64,000 nucleotides of DNA, from positions 62,001 to 126,000 of the forward strand of contig NIVC01002102.1 of assembly GCA_002269645.1 (NCBI GenBank), given 5' to 3'. Positions 39,968-51,371 of the stretch are shown here, one piece after another (within the stretch, counting starts at the first letter, position 1; each line of letters starts with the position of its first letter). The position numbers were made by a program, and so were the translations under genes. Origin of the DNA: Macrostomum lignano (lineage: Eukaryota). Below the pieces are notes generated by a model, which had not been told where the DNA came from, did not search any database, and saw only the letters and a program-made list of their open reading frames with translations.

Positions 39968-40741
39968 TCACAGAAGAACACAACACCTATTTGCCAAGAA
40001 TGACACTTAATCCAACAAAGTCAGTTTAGAAAATGCATTTAGAAATAGCGTTTAAAAGTACACTAAAGAGATATAGGAACAGCTTTGCTTGTTTGTGGGT
40101 CTTCAGAAATTCATTTTATTTACTTTTTAGCTTAGTTTACTTTTAAGATCGGGCAAAACACACACTTTTATACATAGCTGCGTTTGCAGTCCAGAAGTTG
40201 CGAATTAAATTGAGGTAGCTGTCCCTCCCACAATGATAGCGGTGTAGCTCCGTTTCCAAAAAATATTTATGCTGCAAAATACGTAGTACACTACTATCTA
40301 CTACCCATAGTAGTAATGTTTAGAAGCTAATTTAGAGTGCAACACTATATAGCGGGACTTGCCTAGCAAGCGGGATGTCATAAATAAATGACGAGCTGCG
40401 CTATATGCTAAGAGAACTGTGTTGAATTTCCCATGCAAAGCACACACACACAGAGCAGTTCCAATTGAATCTAATCTCAGTGCTGGCGCTTGTTTGCCTA
40501 AACTGCTTCAGAGCGTGCGAACCTTAGCAGGCTGCCACAAGTGTGACTTTGAATAACTCAACCGAATCAAGTTTTTGTCAGCCAGCGAGTGCCGGCTTGA
40601 CAGTTATTTATGGAGCCACTGGATGGATAAATATTGGATCTCTTTTTGATAAAACAGCAATATTTCATTTTAAATCTGTCGACTAGTCGCTGCGCTTGTC
40701 TGCGAAAATGGAGGGAGAGGAGAAGAGGAGAGAGGGGCGAG

Positions 40742-41752
40742 CATAGGCGTAGGAACGGTTCAAAAAGTGGCGGGGGGCAGGTTCAGTGGTGGAGTTAGGG
40801 GGGGGGGCACAGGGCGTACGCCCCCCCCATCGAGTTAGATTTTTTTATATGGGAAATGCACATTATCATGTACCGATTATTTCCAGAATCTGTCTTGTCA
40901 GCACTCATTTCAGCGCCGCAGGCACTCATTTTGGCGCCGCAGGCACTCATTTTGGCGCCACAGGCACTCATTTTGGCGCCACAGGCACTCATTTTGGCGC
41001 CGCAGGCACTCATTTTGGCGCCGCAGGCACTCATTTTAGTGCTGCAGGCACTCATTTTGGCGCCGCAGGCACTCATTTTGGCGCCGCGGCACTCATTTTG
41101 GCGCCGCAGGCACTCATTTTAGCGCTGCAGGCACTCATTTCAGCGCCGCAGGCACTCATTTTGGCGCCGCAGGCACTCATTTTGGAACCGCAGGCACTCA
41201 TTTCAGCGCCGCAGGCACTCATTTTAGCGCCGCAGGCACTCATTTTTGCGCCACAGGCACTCATTTTGGCGTTGCAGGCACTCATTTTAGCGCTGCAGGC
41301 ACTCATTTCAGCGCCGCAGGCACTCATTTCAGCGCCGCAGACACTCATTTCAGCGCCGCAGGCACTCATTTTGGCGCCACAGGCACTCATTTTGGCGCCA
41401 CAGGCACTCATTTTGGCGTTGCAGGCACTCATTTTAGCGCCGCAGGCACTCATTTCAGCGCCGCAGGCACTCATTTTGGCGCCGCACGCAGGCACTCATT
41501 TTGGCGCCGCAGGCACTCATTTCAGCGCCGCAGGCACTCATTTTGGCGCCGCAGGCGCTATGTTTTGTCGTCCTGCAGCAAAATGCATTCATGCAAAGCA
41601 GCAAAAACCAGAAATAAAAGTAAAGAATAAGCAAAAAGTCTACATTTTGCATTTAAAATGTGGAGGGGCCAGATACCATTACTGCCACCCCCCCCCCAAT
41701 TTAAAAAGTGGGGTGCCATGGCCCCACTGTACCCCCCGTTCCTACGCCTACG
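40742..41752. mobile_element. Non-autonomous hAT-type DNA transposon (MITE) with internal 21-bp array
   Basis: TIRs CATAGGCGTAGGAACGG / CCGTTCCTACGCCTACG (16/17 match); 8-bp TSD GGGGCGAG at 40734-40741 and 41753-41760; about 31 internal units GGCGCCGCAGGCACTCATTTT. Confidence 0.88.
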
Positions 41753-41908
41753 GGGGCGAGGGAGAAGAGCCAGGGCACAGCAAACGCTTCAAGTTGATTA
41801 TCAATTGAGGATAAATGACACGGGTAGCAACTAATAGCATTTAATTCACAGTTACTGTTGAATTACTGGCTTAATCAAGCAGCACGTGTCACACCTGAAC
41901 CACCGCAG

Positions 41909-42618
41909 GCTGCATCGTGACAGGCCTCGCCATTCCCATCATTGGCAACAACTTCAACACCTACTACAAGTACATGCAAAACCAGATGAAGGAGAACAAG
42001 TACCTGAAGATCATGACTAAAGACCTCAACAACAGTTCAGCAAGTCAGGGCGGAGGCGGCCGCTACGGTCAGGGCGGCAACAAGAAGTACATTCAACAGC
42101 GCAGCTACGACAGCAAAGCCATCGTCGACGACAAGATGCTGAACGGCCTCATCAAAAAAAACCGGCCGAGTGGAGGTGGCCCACCGGCCTCTCCAACTCC
42201 GAGTCCCGCTGCTCCACCCGCGCCAACCACCGCCGCCACCGCCGAAGCGACGACCACTGACGCAGCGGCTGATGTTGTGGTAACAACATCGGCCACCGTG
42301 ATTTCTAATGCCGACAACGGCAGCAAGACAACCGAGGAGGCCACCGCGGCAACTCCGCCGCCGCTGCCGCCACCACCGCCACCACCACCGCCGCCACCAC
42401 CGCCGCCGCCGATCGCCACAGCAAACGGCACGAACGGTTCCGGCAGCCTGCGTTCCCTTAGCAATCACAGCGGCGGCGGTGGGTTCAACGACTCGTCCAA
42501 GAAGAGGCCGTCAATTCTAGACCTGCCAGCAGACGATGCCGAGCTGCCCATCATCTCCAAGGAGACTGAGGAGTGCTCAGATCTGGAATCTGAGGCAGAG
42601 AAGGAGCAGTTTGTCTAG
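41909..42618 (+). CDS. Kv channel exon 3: S6 end and low-complexity C-terminus
   Basis: CCGCAG|GC (phase 1) gives AAVSG-CIVTGLAIPIIGNNFNTYY; poly-Pro tract; TAG at 42616-42618. Total CDS 1929 nt. Confidence 0.92.
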
Positions 42619-43245
42619 TACGCGCGTAGAGATAGTCGCGCACAACGTGACACCGAATCTCCCTCTCTCTGAGTTCGATATCTTCCTTGCGTTCTTATTT
42701 TCATTCTGTACACGTAGGAAGCTCACGGAACTGGTTAAATCCAGGGGCCTTCATGTCTGCGCAAGTACAATTGGAAAGGGAGGATCGTTCAGTACTTTCA
42801 TCTGAGGCAACGCACATGCCCGCACTGATGCCGACTGTAACATTATAGTCACTGCACTCAAACTGTGAATTAACACTTTCGCTGAGCACCTCCGTCCCCC
42901 GCCCGTGAAAATGCAGGATATTTTTTGTTATATCATATCATTTTTGTCTTAACTTTTAACACTATCAATCTATGCAAATAATTTGACCGGTAATCAAAAT
43001 GAAGCGATCATAACACATTCTCTTTAAATAATGTGTTATTTTTAATATTATAGCATCATTTCGCAATGCCTTTGTGTGATGCTTATGTACATGTACTTAA
43101 GCAGTTAGCTAAATTTTGGAACTTTTGTGACTATTTGTTTTTCAAATTCATGCCCAACCGTAGGGGTCTCAAAAAAGGGCACAGAACAAATGGACCTCTC
43201 TGAGATATGTTACACAATCTTTATTCAAGGTTCAAGCAGTCCAAC

Positions 43246-44200
43246 TTTCAGTCAACTCCAACTACCATTCCCAACCCCAGCTAGATAACTTTGTAGTCGT
43301 CGTTTAACTGGGTGAGAAGGTTATCGATTTTATTGCCTTGCCGGTCAGTCAACTCCAACTACCATTCCCAACCCCAGCTAGATAACTTTGTAGTCGTCGT
43401 TTAACTGGGTGAGAAGGTTATCGATTTTATTGGCTTGCCGGTCAGTCAACTATAACTCCCTTTCCTAACCCCGGCTAGATAACTTTCTAGTCGTCGTTTA
43501 ACTGGGTGAGAATGTTATCGATTTTATTGGCTTGCCGGTCAGTCAACTATAACTCCCTTTCCTAACCCCGGCTAGATAACTTTCTAGTCGTCGTTTAACT
43601 GGGTGAGAATGTTATCGATTTTATTGGCTTGCCGGTCTGTCAACTATAACTCCCTTTCCTAACCCCGGCTAGATAACTTTCTAGTCGTCGTTTAACTGGG
43701 TGAGAAGGTTATCGATTTTATTGGCTTGCCGGTCAGTCAACTATAACTCCCTTTCCTAACCCCGGCTAGATAACTTTCTAGTCGTCGTTTAACTGGGTGA
43801 GAATGTTATCGATTTTATTGGCTTGCCGGTCAGTCAACTATAACTCCCTTTCCTAACCCCTGCTAGATAACTTTGTAGTCGTCGTTTAACTGGGTGAGAA
43901 GGTTATCGATTTTATTGCCTTGCCGGTCTGTCAACTATAACTCCCTTTCCTAACCCCGGCTAGATAACTTTCTAGTCGTCGTTTAACTGGGTGAGAATGT
44001 TATCGATTTTATTGGCTTGCCGGTCAGTCAACTATAACTCCCTTTCCTAACCCCGGCTAGATAACTTTCTAGTCGTCGTTTAACTGGGTGAGAATGTTAT
44101 CGATTTTATTGGCTTGCCGGTCAGTCAACTATAACTCCCTTTCCTAACCCCGGCTAGATAACTTTCTAGTCGTCGTTTAACTGGGTGAGAATGTTATCGA
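43246..44200. repeat. 97-bp tandem repeat, about 10 copies
   Basis: Period measured GTCAGTCAAC 43441 to 43538; about 630 nt after the Kv stop. Confidence 0.93.
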
Positions 44201-44999
44201 TTTATATGTAACAAAACAGCTGTTATTCCTCTATCAATAGTATTTTCTTCTAAATTAATCAATATCTTACTCATGTTGGATTTTTTGCTGATGAAATATA
44301 AAAAAGTTTTTAAGTTCCAGTTTCCTTCTGTCGCTATAAGTCAAAGTACCAATTACTGTGATTATTCTAAAATTAATTTTCAGACAGTTATGCAAAGAGC
44401 ATATTTTTGTTTACATTATTAACATTAATCCATGTGTCAGATTTTCAAAAGAAAACGCTCACTCACCAAAACAAGACGTTTTGCATAGATTTTCGCTGTC
44501 ACCCACTGCAGAATTTTTTATTGAATATTTCTTCACGTTATTCCAACTTAGAATCATTAATACAAGAAATAAAACAAATAATTCACTTTATTTACGACCC
44601 CCTATATTCAGAAGACATGCTTAAACTAATCATACATGAAGGACAGAAACGATTGACTAATAAAAATATTTTTAATTCCTTTTAGTTATAAATTTTAGCT
44701 CCATCGTTAAAGTTTTTGTTTTCTTCTCTGTTGGGCCCCAACTTGTAAATTTATTTCGATTTCTCCAGTCAGCGCCAGACGTTTAATTTTCTATTCTCGA
44801 TGAGACGCGTGAGAAAAGAATTTATTTAAAATACAGCTTCAACATTTACCACGTGTCGCATCCGTTTGTCAGTCGAAAGTGCTCCACAGAAAATTTTGCT
44901 TGTATCCAAAGTTAATTTCACAAGGACAAAGAAAATTTATTAGTGACATGCAGTTACATATCTGAACTAAGAAATTAATCTTTGAGTTAGAAATAAGCG

Positions 45000-45996
45000 T
45001 GCTAACTTGACTTAGCTGCAGGTTGGTCCGTAGACACAGCGGGAAGGCGAGGGTCGCCCATCCCGCTAGCCCCTGAAGGCCCGCAGACAGGCAGAGGCGT
45101 GGGGCCGGTCAGGGTGGTCCGCCTGTTCTGTGTACAGTGGTCTTCGGAAGAAAGGGCAATTTCAGACAAAGTGCTGAGCATATTCGTTGTCGTATTCGCA
45201 AAAAGGGCAAAGTTAATTCTCAAGGTCGCCTTTGAGGAGTGTCTGGAGAGGTAGCCATGACCGGTAGCTCGTACATGTAAGGGTCATGACAAGGGCGCGC
45301 GAATATCCTTCCGATTTTGGTTGAGAAGGATGTTCCTGAAACTGCAAGAGCTGGACACGGAACCGCGGCAGTTCTGGGTGCCCGCCCATCTGTCCCAATG
45401 AAGGGAATCAGCCCAGTAATTGACCGTGTAGAAGGGATGGGGACAAGTGGCTCAGGGCCTATATAGGAAGGAGCCAGAGCTGCCCCTCTTGATTAGTGTC
45501 TGCCAACTCGTTCCCCGGAAAGCCTGCGTGCGCCGTGGGATCCACTTCAGCCCGACAGTATTGCTACTTGCTAGGAGGGTGATCTGCCGGGCGCAGTCAC
45601 CGACTGTCCGAGAGCTCGTAGTGGGTGTGGACGGCGCTGCTCTGGAAGCGCATGTGGGTCTTGAAGTCCTGGGCGATCTCGCGGACCAGGCGCTGGAAGG
45701 GCATCTTGTGGATCAGCTCAGTGCTCTTCTGGTAGCGACGGATCTCGCGGAGGCGGGAGAGCCACGGGTGGCAAAGGACCTGTAAGGCACGCTTGGCTGT
45801 CAGAGTGGATGACGATTGCCTTTCCTCTCGTACCCGCGGCATCCAGCGCTGCGGCGCAGGAGCTGATAGCAAAGACTTCATTCTGGAAGATCGTTTGAGA
45901 ATCTGCCAGTGTGCTGGGCATGCGTGGCAATGATGCGGCCTTTGATGATGATACATACCCCAAAAACCGGCGTAGCCGTCTTTGATGGATCTGAAC
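45000..45996 (-). mobile_element. Decayed 3' end of an RNase H-containing non-LTR retrotransposon (I/R1/Loa group-like ORF2)
   Basis: Across frameshifts: [21 protein letters not shown] (45791-45805), LKWIP-HAGFPGNELAD (45498-45545), GPEP, TGHGYLSRH (45257-45265), CPFCEYDNEYAQHFV*NC (CCHC knuckle). Confidence 0.8.
45630..45765 (-). pseudogene. H3: Histone H3 fragment (about residues 46-89)
   Basis: VAL-(7-nt insertion)[40 protein letters not shown] vs H3 [44 protein letters not shown]; no start, tail or C-terminus. Confidence 0.92.
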
Positions 45997-45997
45997 T

Positions 45998-46205
45998 AGA
46001 CATCACAGAGCTACTCAGACATCACAGAGCTACTCAGACATTACAGAGCTACTCAGACATTACAGAGCTACTCAGACATCACAAAGCTACTCAGACATTA
46101 CAGAGCTACTCAGACATTACAAAGCTACTCAGACATTACAGAGCTACTCAGACATCACAGAGCTACTCAGACATTACAGAGCTACTCAGACATTACAGAG
46201 CTACT
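45998..46205. repeat. 20-bp minisatellite (CAGACATTACAGAGCTACTC-type) at the truncation point of the LINE remnant
   Basis: Direct inspection. Confidence 0.9.
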
Positions 46206-47317
46206 GAGATACCTGTAACAGGTTGATAAAATAAGTCAAAACTGAAAGCAGAGTGTTTGTTGACCACTGCAAAGTGTGTTAGACGTAGTAAATCAGTTTT
46301 TTTAGTCAAAATGATTAATATTGCATAGAGCGCTGAGCTGTTTAGTACTGGGTGTGAGGTGTCCGCGTGGTGAGAAAGTAGCATAGAAATATTTTATTCA
46401 GATTTTGGAATTAGTTAGTTGTTTTTCGATTCACAAGGACAACAATTGTAGTGCTAGGCCTGCTTTACGAGTTAGTGTCTGGAAAATAGTCATACTCGTA
46501 GTAAAAAGACAGAAATTAAAGCAGAATATTTTGCAGTCAGTCGATTTGCCGTTGCGGCAATTTTAAGCAACAAAAATATTGGAATCAAAATTTCCAAACT
46601 GATTGATAAAGCTTAGCAAAGTCAGAGCCCGTAATGCATTTAAAAGCTGACGAAAAACACATTAAAACAAAAAGGCAAGCATTAAAAGCAATTGATACTA
46701 AAAATAGAACTCATTTATGAAGTTTTTTTGCTTTTCTTTAGAACTAAGCAACATTCGATCGTACTATAACAAAAAGTTTTTAGGGAAAAAGTTATACTAC
46801 TATTATTTGAGTTTATTTTTCAATATGCAAAATTTAAAAAATAATAGTTAAATTTTACATTTAAGTATGAAATAAATATTTCTTTTAATTTTTTTCAATA
46901 TTCCGGGACAATGGACAATGGTGTCCAAGTGAATATTACTATCTAATAAAATAATTATTTTAGTATTGGGAAACCAAATTTAAGTGCAAAATAATTTGCT
47001 TGGTGTTAATGGGACTGTTACAGTAGATTAGAATTTAATTATTCAGAGTAAATTATTCAATCAATTTCTAGTAAGACATCGATATTACTTTTAGAGAATC
47101 GGGCTAAGAAACCAAACTACAAGATTTTAAAGGACAATTCCAGGAAAAATCTAAAATCAGATTAGCACAGACGCGGGACAGATTTACAGGACAAACTGGT
47201 AAGCGAAATATAAATTAATAGTAAGGTAAGACAGAAAAAACAACAGATAGCTATGAGTTTTATGCGCAACATTGACTACTATGCTCAGTATAGTAGCAAT
47301 CGCAGCTCAAGACTAAC

Positions 47318-47548
47318 TCAGTCTACAATTGGGTCTTTAATGATTACGTCGGAGGTGCCAGGGGTGGCGGAGCCTTCGGGGACGCTACAACTTCCGGGAT
47401 AGATTGGCAGCATGGGCTGGGTTTGAGATGTGACAATGTTGTCCAGCTTGCCCATGCGCATGTTGTACAGGGTGTCCTTGGGAGGGCCCCAGTCTGTGCT
47501 GGGCCGCAGCAGGTAGCGGATTCGCTCCAGTAGACTTCCCTTGCCAAC
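47318..47548 (-). CDS. SLC6: SLC6 transporter, last exon
   Basis: ACCAG|GTT (phase 0); hand translation VGKGSLLERIRYLLRPSTDWGPPKD...DPIVD*, typical SLC6 C-terminal WGP motif. Confidence 0.88.
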   Translation of the reverse strand, partial: VGKGSLLERIRYLLRPSTDWGPPKDTLYNMRMGKLDNIVTSQTQPMLPIYPGSCSVPEGSATPGTSDVIIKDPIVD

Positions 47549-47744
47549 CTGGTTGCCATGGAGACAGCATGATTAGATATTATTTATTGCGAATTTAACA
47601 TTGGATTTCTAGCTTATTTTTTGCCACAAAATCCTATCTAAAATCTAACGAAACCTTGTTCACAATCCTGATTCCTGACTGAACCTTTCATGATCTTTTC
47701 ACGATCCAATACCGAATCCCGTTCACGAATACCTTATTCACAAT

Positions 47745-49150
47745 ATCCCAGAATCCCATTCACAGCCCCTGAATCTTATTCACAACCCACAGAATCCCAT
47801 TCACAATCTCACAGAATCCTATTCACAGACCCACAGAATCCCATTCAGCATATCACAGAATCCCATTCACAATCTCACAGAATCCTATTCACAGACCCAC
47901 AGAATCCCATTCAGCATATCACAGAATCCCATTCACAATCTCACAGAATCCCATTCACAATCTCACAGAATCCCATTCACAATCTTACAGAATCCCATTC
48001 ACAATCTCAAAGAATCCCATTGACAATCTCAAAGAATCCTATTCACAGTCTCACAGAATCACATTCCCAATCTCACAGAATCCTATTCACAGACCCACAG
48101 AATCCCATTCAGCATATCACAGAATCCCATTCACAATCTCACAGAATCCTATTCACAGACCCACAGAATCCCATTCAGCATATCACAGAATCCCATTCAC
48201 AATCTCACAGAATCCCATTCACAATCTCACAGAATCCCATTCACAATCTTACAGAATCCCATTCACAATCTCACAGAATCCCATTCACAATCTTACAGAA
48301 TCCCATTCACAATCTCAAAGAATCCCATTGACAATCTCAAAGAATCCTATTCACAGTCTCACAGAATCACATTCCCAATCTCACAGAATCCCATTCACAA
48401 TCTCACAGAATCACATTCCCAATCTCACAGAATCACATTCCCAATCTCACAGAATCACATTCCCAATCTCACAGAATCCCATTCACAATCTCAAAGAATC
48501 CCATTCACAATCTCAAAGAATCCTATTCACAGTCTCACAGAATCACATTCCCGATCTCACAGAATCCCATTCACAATCTTACAGAATCCCATTCACAATC
48601 TCACAGAATCCCATTGACAATCTCAAAGAATCCTATTCACAGTCTCACAGAATCACATTCCCAATCTCACAGAATCCCATTCACAATCTCACAGAATCAC
48701 ATTCCCAATCTCACAGAATCACATTCCCAATCTCACAGAATCCCATTCACAATCTCACAGAATCCCATTCACAATCTCAAAGAATCCCATTCACAATCTC
48801 AAAGAATCCTATTCACAGTCTCACAGAATCAGATTCCCGATCTCACAGAATCCCATTCACAATCTCACAGAATCCCATTCACAATCTCACAGAATCCCAT
48901 TCACAATCTTACAGAATCCCATTCACAATCTCAAAGAATCCCATTGACAATCTCAAAGAATCCTATTCACAGTCTCACAGAATCACATTCCCAATCTCAC
49001 AGAATCCCATTCACAATCTCACAGAATCACATTCCCAATCTCACAGAATCACATTCCCAATCTCACAGAATCCCATTCACAATCTCACAGAATCACATTC
49101 ACAATCTCACAGAATCCCATTCACAATCTCACAGAATGCCATTCACAATC
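47745..49150. repeat. 22-bp minisatellite (AATCTCACAGAATCCCATTCAC)n with variant blocks
   Basis: Fills the last SLC6 intron. Confidence 0.95.
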
Positions 49151-49182
49151 TTGCAAAGTTCTATTCACAGTCGCACCCTCAC

Positions 49183-49490
49183 CTTGTAAATCCGGTACAC
49201 GGCCACCACAGGAATAATGATGATGCTGATTGACCCGATCAGCCAGCCGAAGGCGATGGAACCCGGGGGGAATTTGTAATTCTCCAGCACCGGATTAGTG
49301 AAGTTAGCGGCAATTGAGATCAGGATGAGCACAAGAGCCAGAGGGGTGACGCCGCACCACATCACGGTCCAGTAATGGCCGGGCTTGTAGCCCAGCATCA
49401 ACTCGATATCGGCCCGGAACCGGTGAATGCCGTACACGTAGCAGATCACAATTAGCTCGAATAGGGCAATTATGCACAAGGCGAAAGTGC
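49183..49490 (-). CDS. SLC6: SLC6 exon (TM10 end-TM12)
   Basis: CCGCAG|GC ... TAC AAG|GTGAGG; GTFALCIIALFELIVICYVYG...W..VTP...GWLIG. Confidence 0.95.
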
Positions 49491-49539
49491 CTGCGGAATT
49501 CGAATGTTTCTACTGATAGTAGTGCACAAGAGAATCTGG

Positions 49540-50283
49540 AGGACTCAGGATCAGAGTGTCTGGGATTTGGAATCAGAGATTTTGGGATTTTGGATCAGAG
49601 ATTCTGGGATTCGGGATCAGAGAATCTGGGACTCGGGATCAGAGAATCTGGGATTCGGGATCAGAGAATCTGGGACTCGGGATCAGAGAATCTGGGATTC
49701 GGGATCAGAGAATCTGGGACTCGGGATCAGAGAATCTGGGACTCGGGATCAGAGAATCTGGGACTCGGGATCAGAGAATCTGGGACTCGGGATCAGAGAA
49801 TCTGGGATTCGGGATCAGAGAATCTGGGACTCGGGATCAGAGAATCTGGGATTCGGGATCAGAGAATCTGGGATTCGGGATCAGAGAATCTGGGACTCGG
49901 GATCAGAGAATCTGGGATTCGGGATCAGAGAATCTGGGATTCGGGATCAATCAGAGAATCTGGGATTCGGGATCAATCAGAGAATCTGGGATTCGGGATC
50001 AGAGAATCTGGGACTCGGGATCAGAGAATCTGGGACTCGGGATCAGAGAATCTGGGATTCGGGATCAGAGAATCTGGGATTCGGGATCAATCAGAGAATC
50101 TGGGATTCGGGATCAATCAGAGAATCTGGGATTCGGGATCAGAGAATCTGGGACTCGGGATCAGAGAATCTGGGACTCGGGATCAGAGAATCTGGGACTC
50201 GGGATCAGAGAATCTGGGACTCGGGATCAGAGAATCTGGGACTCGGGCTCAGAGAATCTGGGACTCGGGATCAGAGAATCTGG
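49540..50283. repeat. 22-bp minisatellite (GGGATCAGAGAATCTGGGAYTC)n
   Basis: Fills SLC6 intron 49491-50317. Confidence 0.95.
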
Positions 50284-50317
50284 TATGAGAATTTATAGAT
50301 ATGAGGCGACAACTCAC

Positions 50318-50602
50318 CGATAAACCAGTCGAATATGGTGAAGATATAAATTCCGCCCTGGGTGATGAGCGGCAGGCCCAGAAGGAACTCCACCATGCAC
50401 ATCAGGCCCACAAACGGAGTCTTGTATTTGCGCAGGTAGCGAGGAAACTCGTCCACAAACGAGGACGTCATTGTCTCGAACATGCCGAACTGCGAGTCCA
50501 GCCCGATGGTGATCAGCATCAGGAAGAACAGGATGGCCCAGAGCGGAGCGACTGGCATTTGGGCGATGGCCTCGGGGTAGGCCACGAATACCAGACCGGG
50601 GC
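50318..50602 (-). CDS. SLC6: SLC6 exon (EL4, TM8-TM10)
   Basis: GPGLVFVAYPEAI...LITIGLDSQFGMFET...GGIYIFTIFDWF; CCGCAG acceptor, G|GTGAGT donor. Confidence 0.95.
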
Positions 50603-50628
50603 CTGCGGGATGGGCACGGGATCCACTC

Positions 50629-50862
50629 TGTCTACTTTCTTCTGTCTACTCTTCGCATTGTCTACTTTCTTCGGTCTACTTTTTGCTCTGTCTACTTTCC
50701 ACTGTCTACTTTTCTCTCTGTTTACTTTCTTATGTCTACTTTTCCCTCTTCTACTTTCTTCTGTATACTTTCCGTTGTCTACTTTCCTGTCTACTTTCCA
50801 CTGTCTACTTTCGCATTGTCTACTTTCCACTGTCTACTTTTCGCATTGTCTACTTTCCTCTG
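50629..50862. repeat. Degenerate about 20-bp repeat with core TGTCTACTTT
   Basis: SLC6 intron 50603-50940. Confidence 0.8.
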
Positions 50863-50940
50863 TCAACCGTCTTGAATTTTGCTTACTAAAACTCATGTAA
50901 GCTAAGCAACAGACAGAATGCAACAACAGATGGAACGCAC

Positions 50941-51324
50941 CTTTGTCGACCACATCACTCACTTCTTTGCCAGTCTTGTGCGCCATAAAGCCCACAACGG
51001 CAAAGATGACAAAGCCGCCAAAGATTGAGGTCAGGCAGTTCACGATAGGAACGGCTATGGCATCTCGGTAGCAGTTGTTCTTAAACTTGTTGAAGCTGGA
51101 CATAGTGATGAGGCCGCCCCAGGCTGGGCCCAGTGCGAAAAACACCTGCAGAGCGGCTTCATGCCAGATCTCCAGATTTGCAAGCTTACTCCAAACCGGG
51201 GTGATGTAGAATCGGATGCCTTCCCAGCTTCCAGGTAGCATGCAGTTGCGGACCATCAGGATAGCCAGGAACAGGTAGGGAGATGTGGCCGTGACGTATA
51301 CCACCTTGCCGACTGACTTGACAC
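50941..51324 (-). CDS. SLC6: SLC6 exon (TM5-TM7)
   Basis: GVKSVGKVVYVTAT...IWHEAALQVFFALGPAWGGLITMSSFN...NCLTSIFGGF; CCGCAG acceptor, G|GTGCGT donor. Confidence 0.95.
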
Positions 51325-51371
51325 CTGCGGATAAGCGATTTAAGCAGTTCGAATTTAATCCCCGATTTCTG

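Noticed and set aside
45000-45110. LINE remnant as the partner of the CORE-SINE
   Set aside because: No visible similarity between the LINE 3' end and the SINE tail.
45597-45956. Functional histone H3 or H3 variant gene
   Set aside because: Only about 44 codons match H3, with a frameshifting insertion, a deleted Leu and LINE sequence on both sides.
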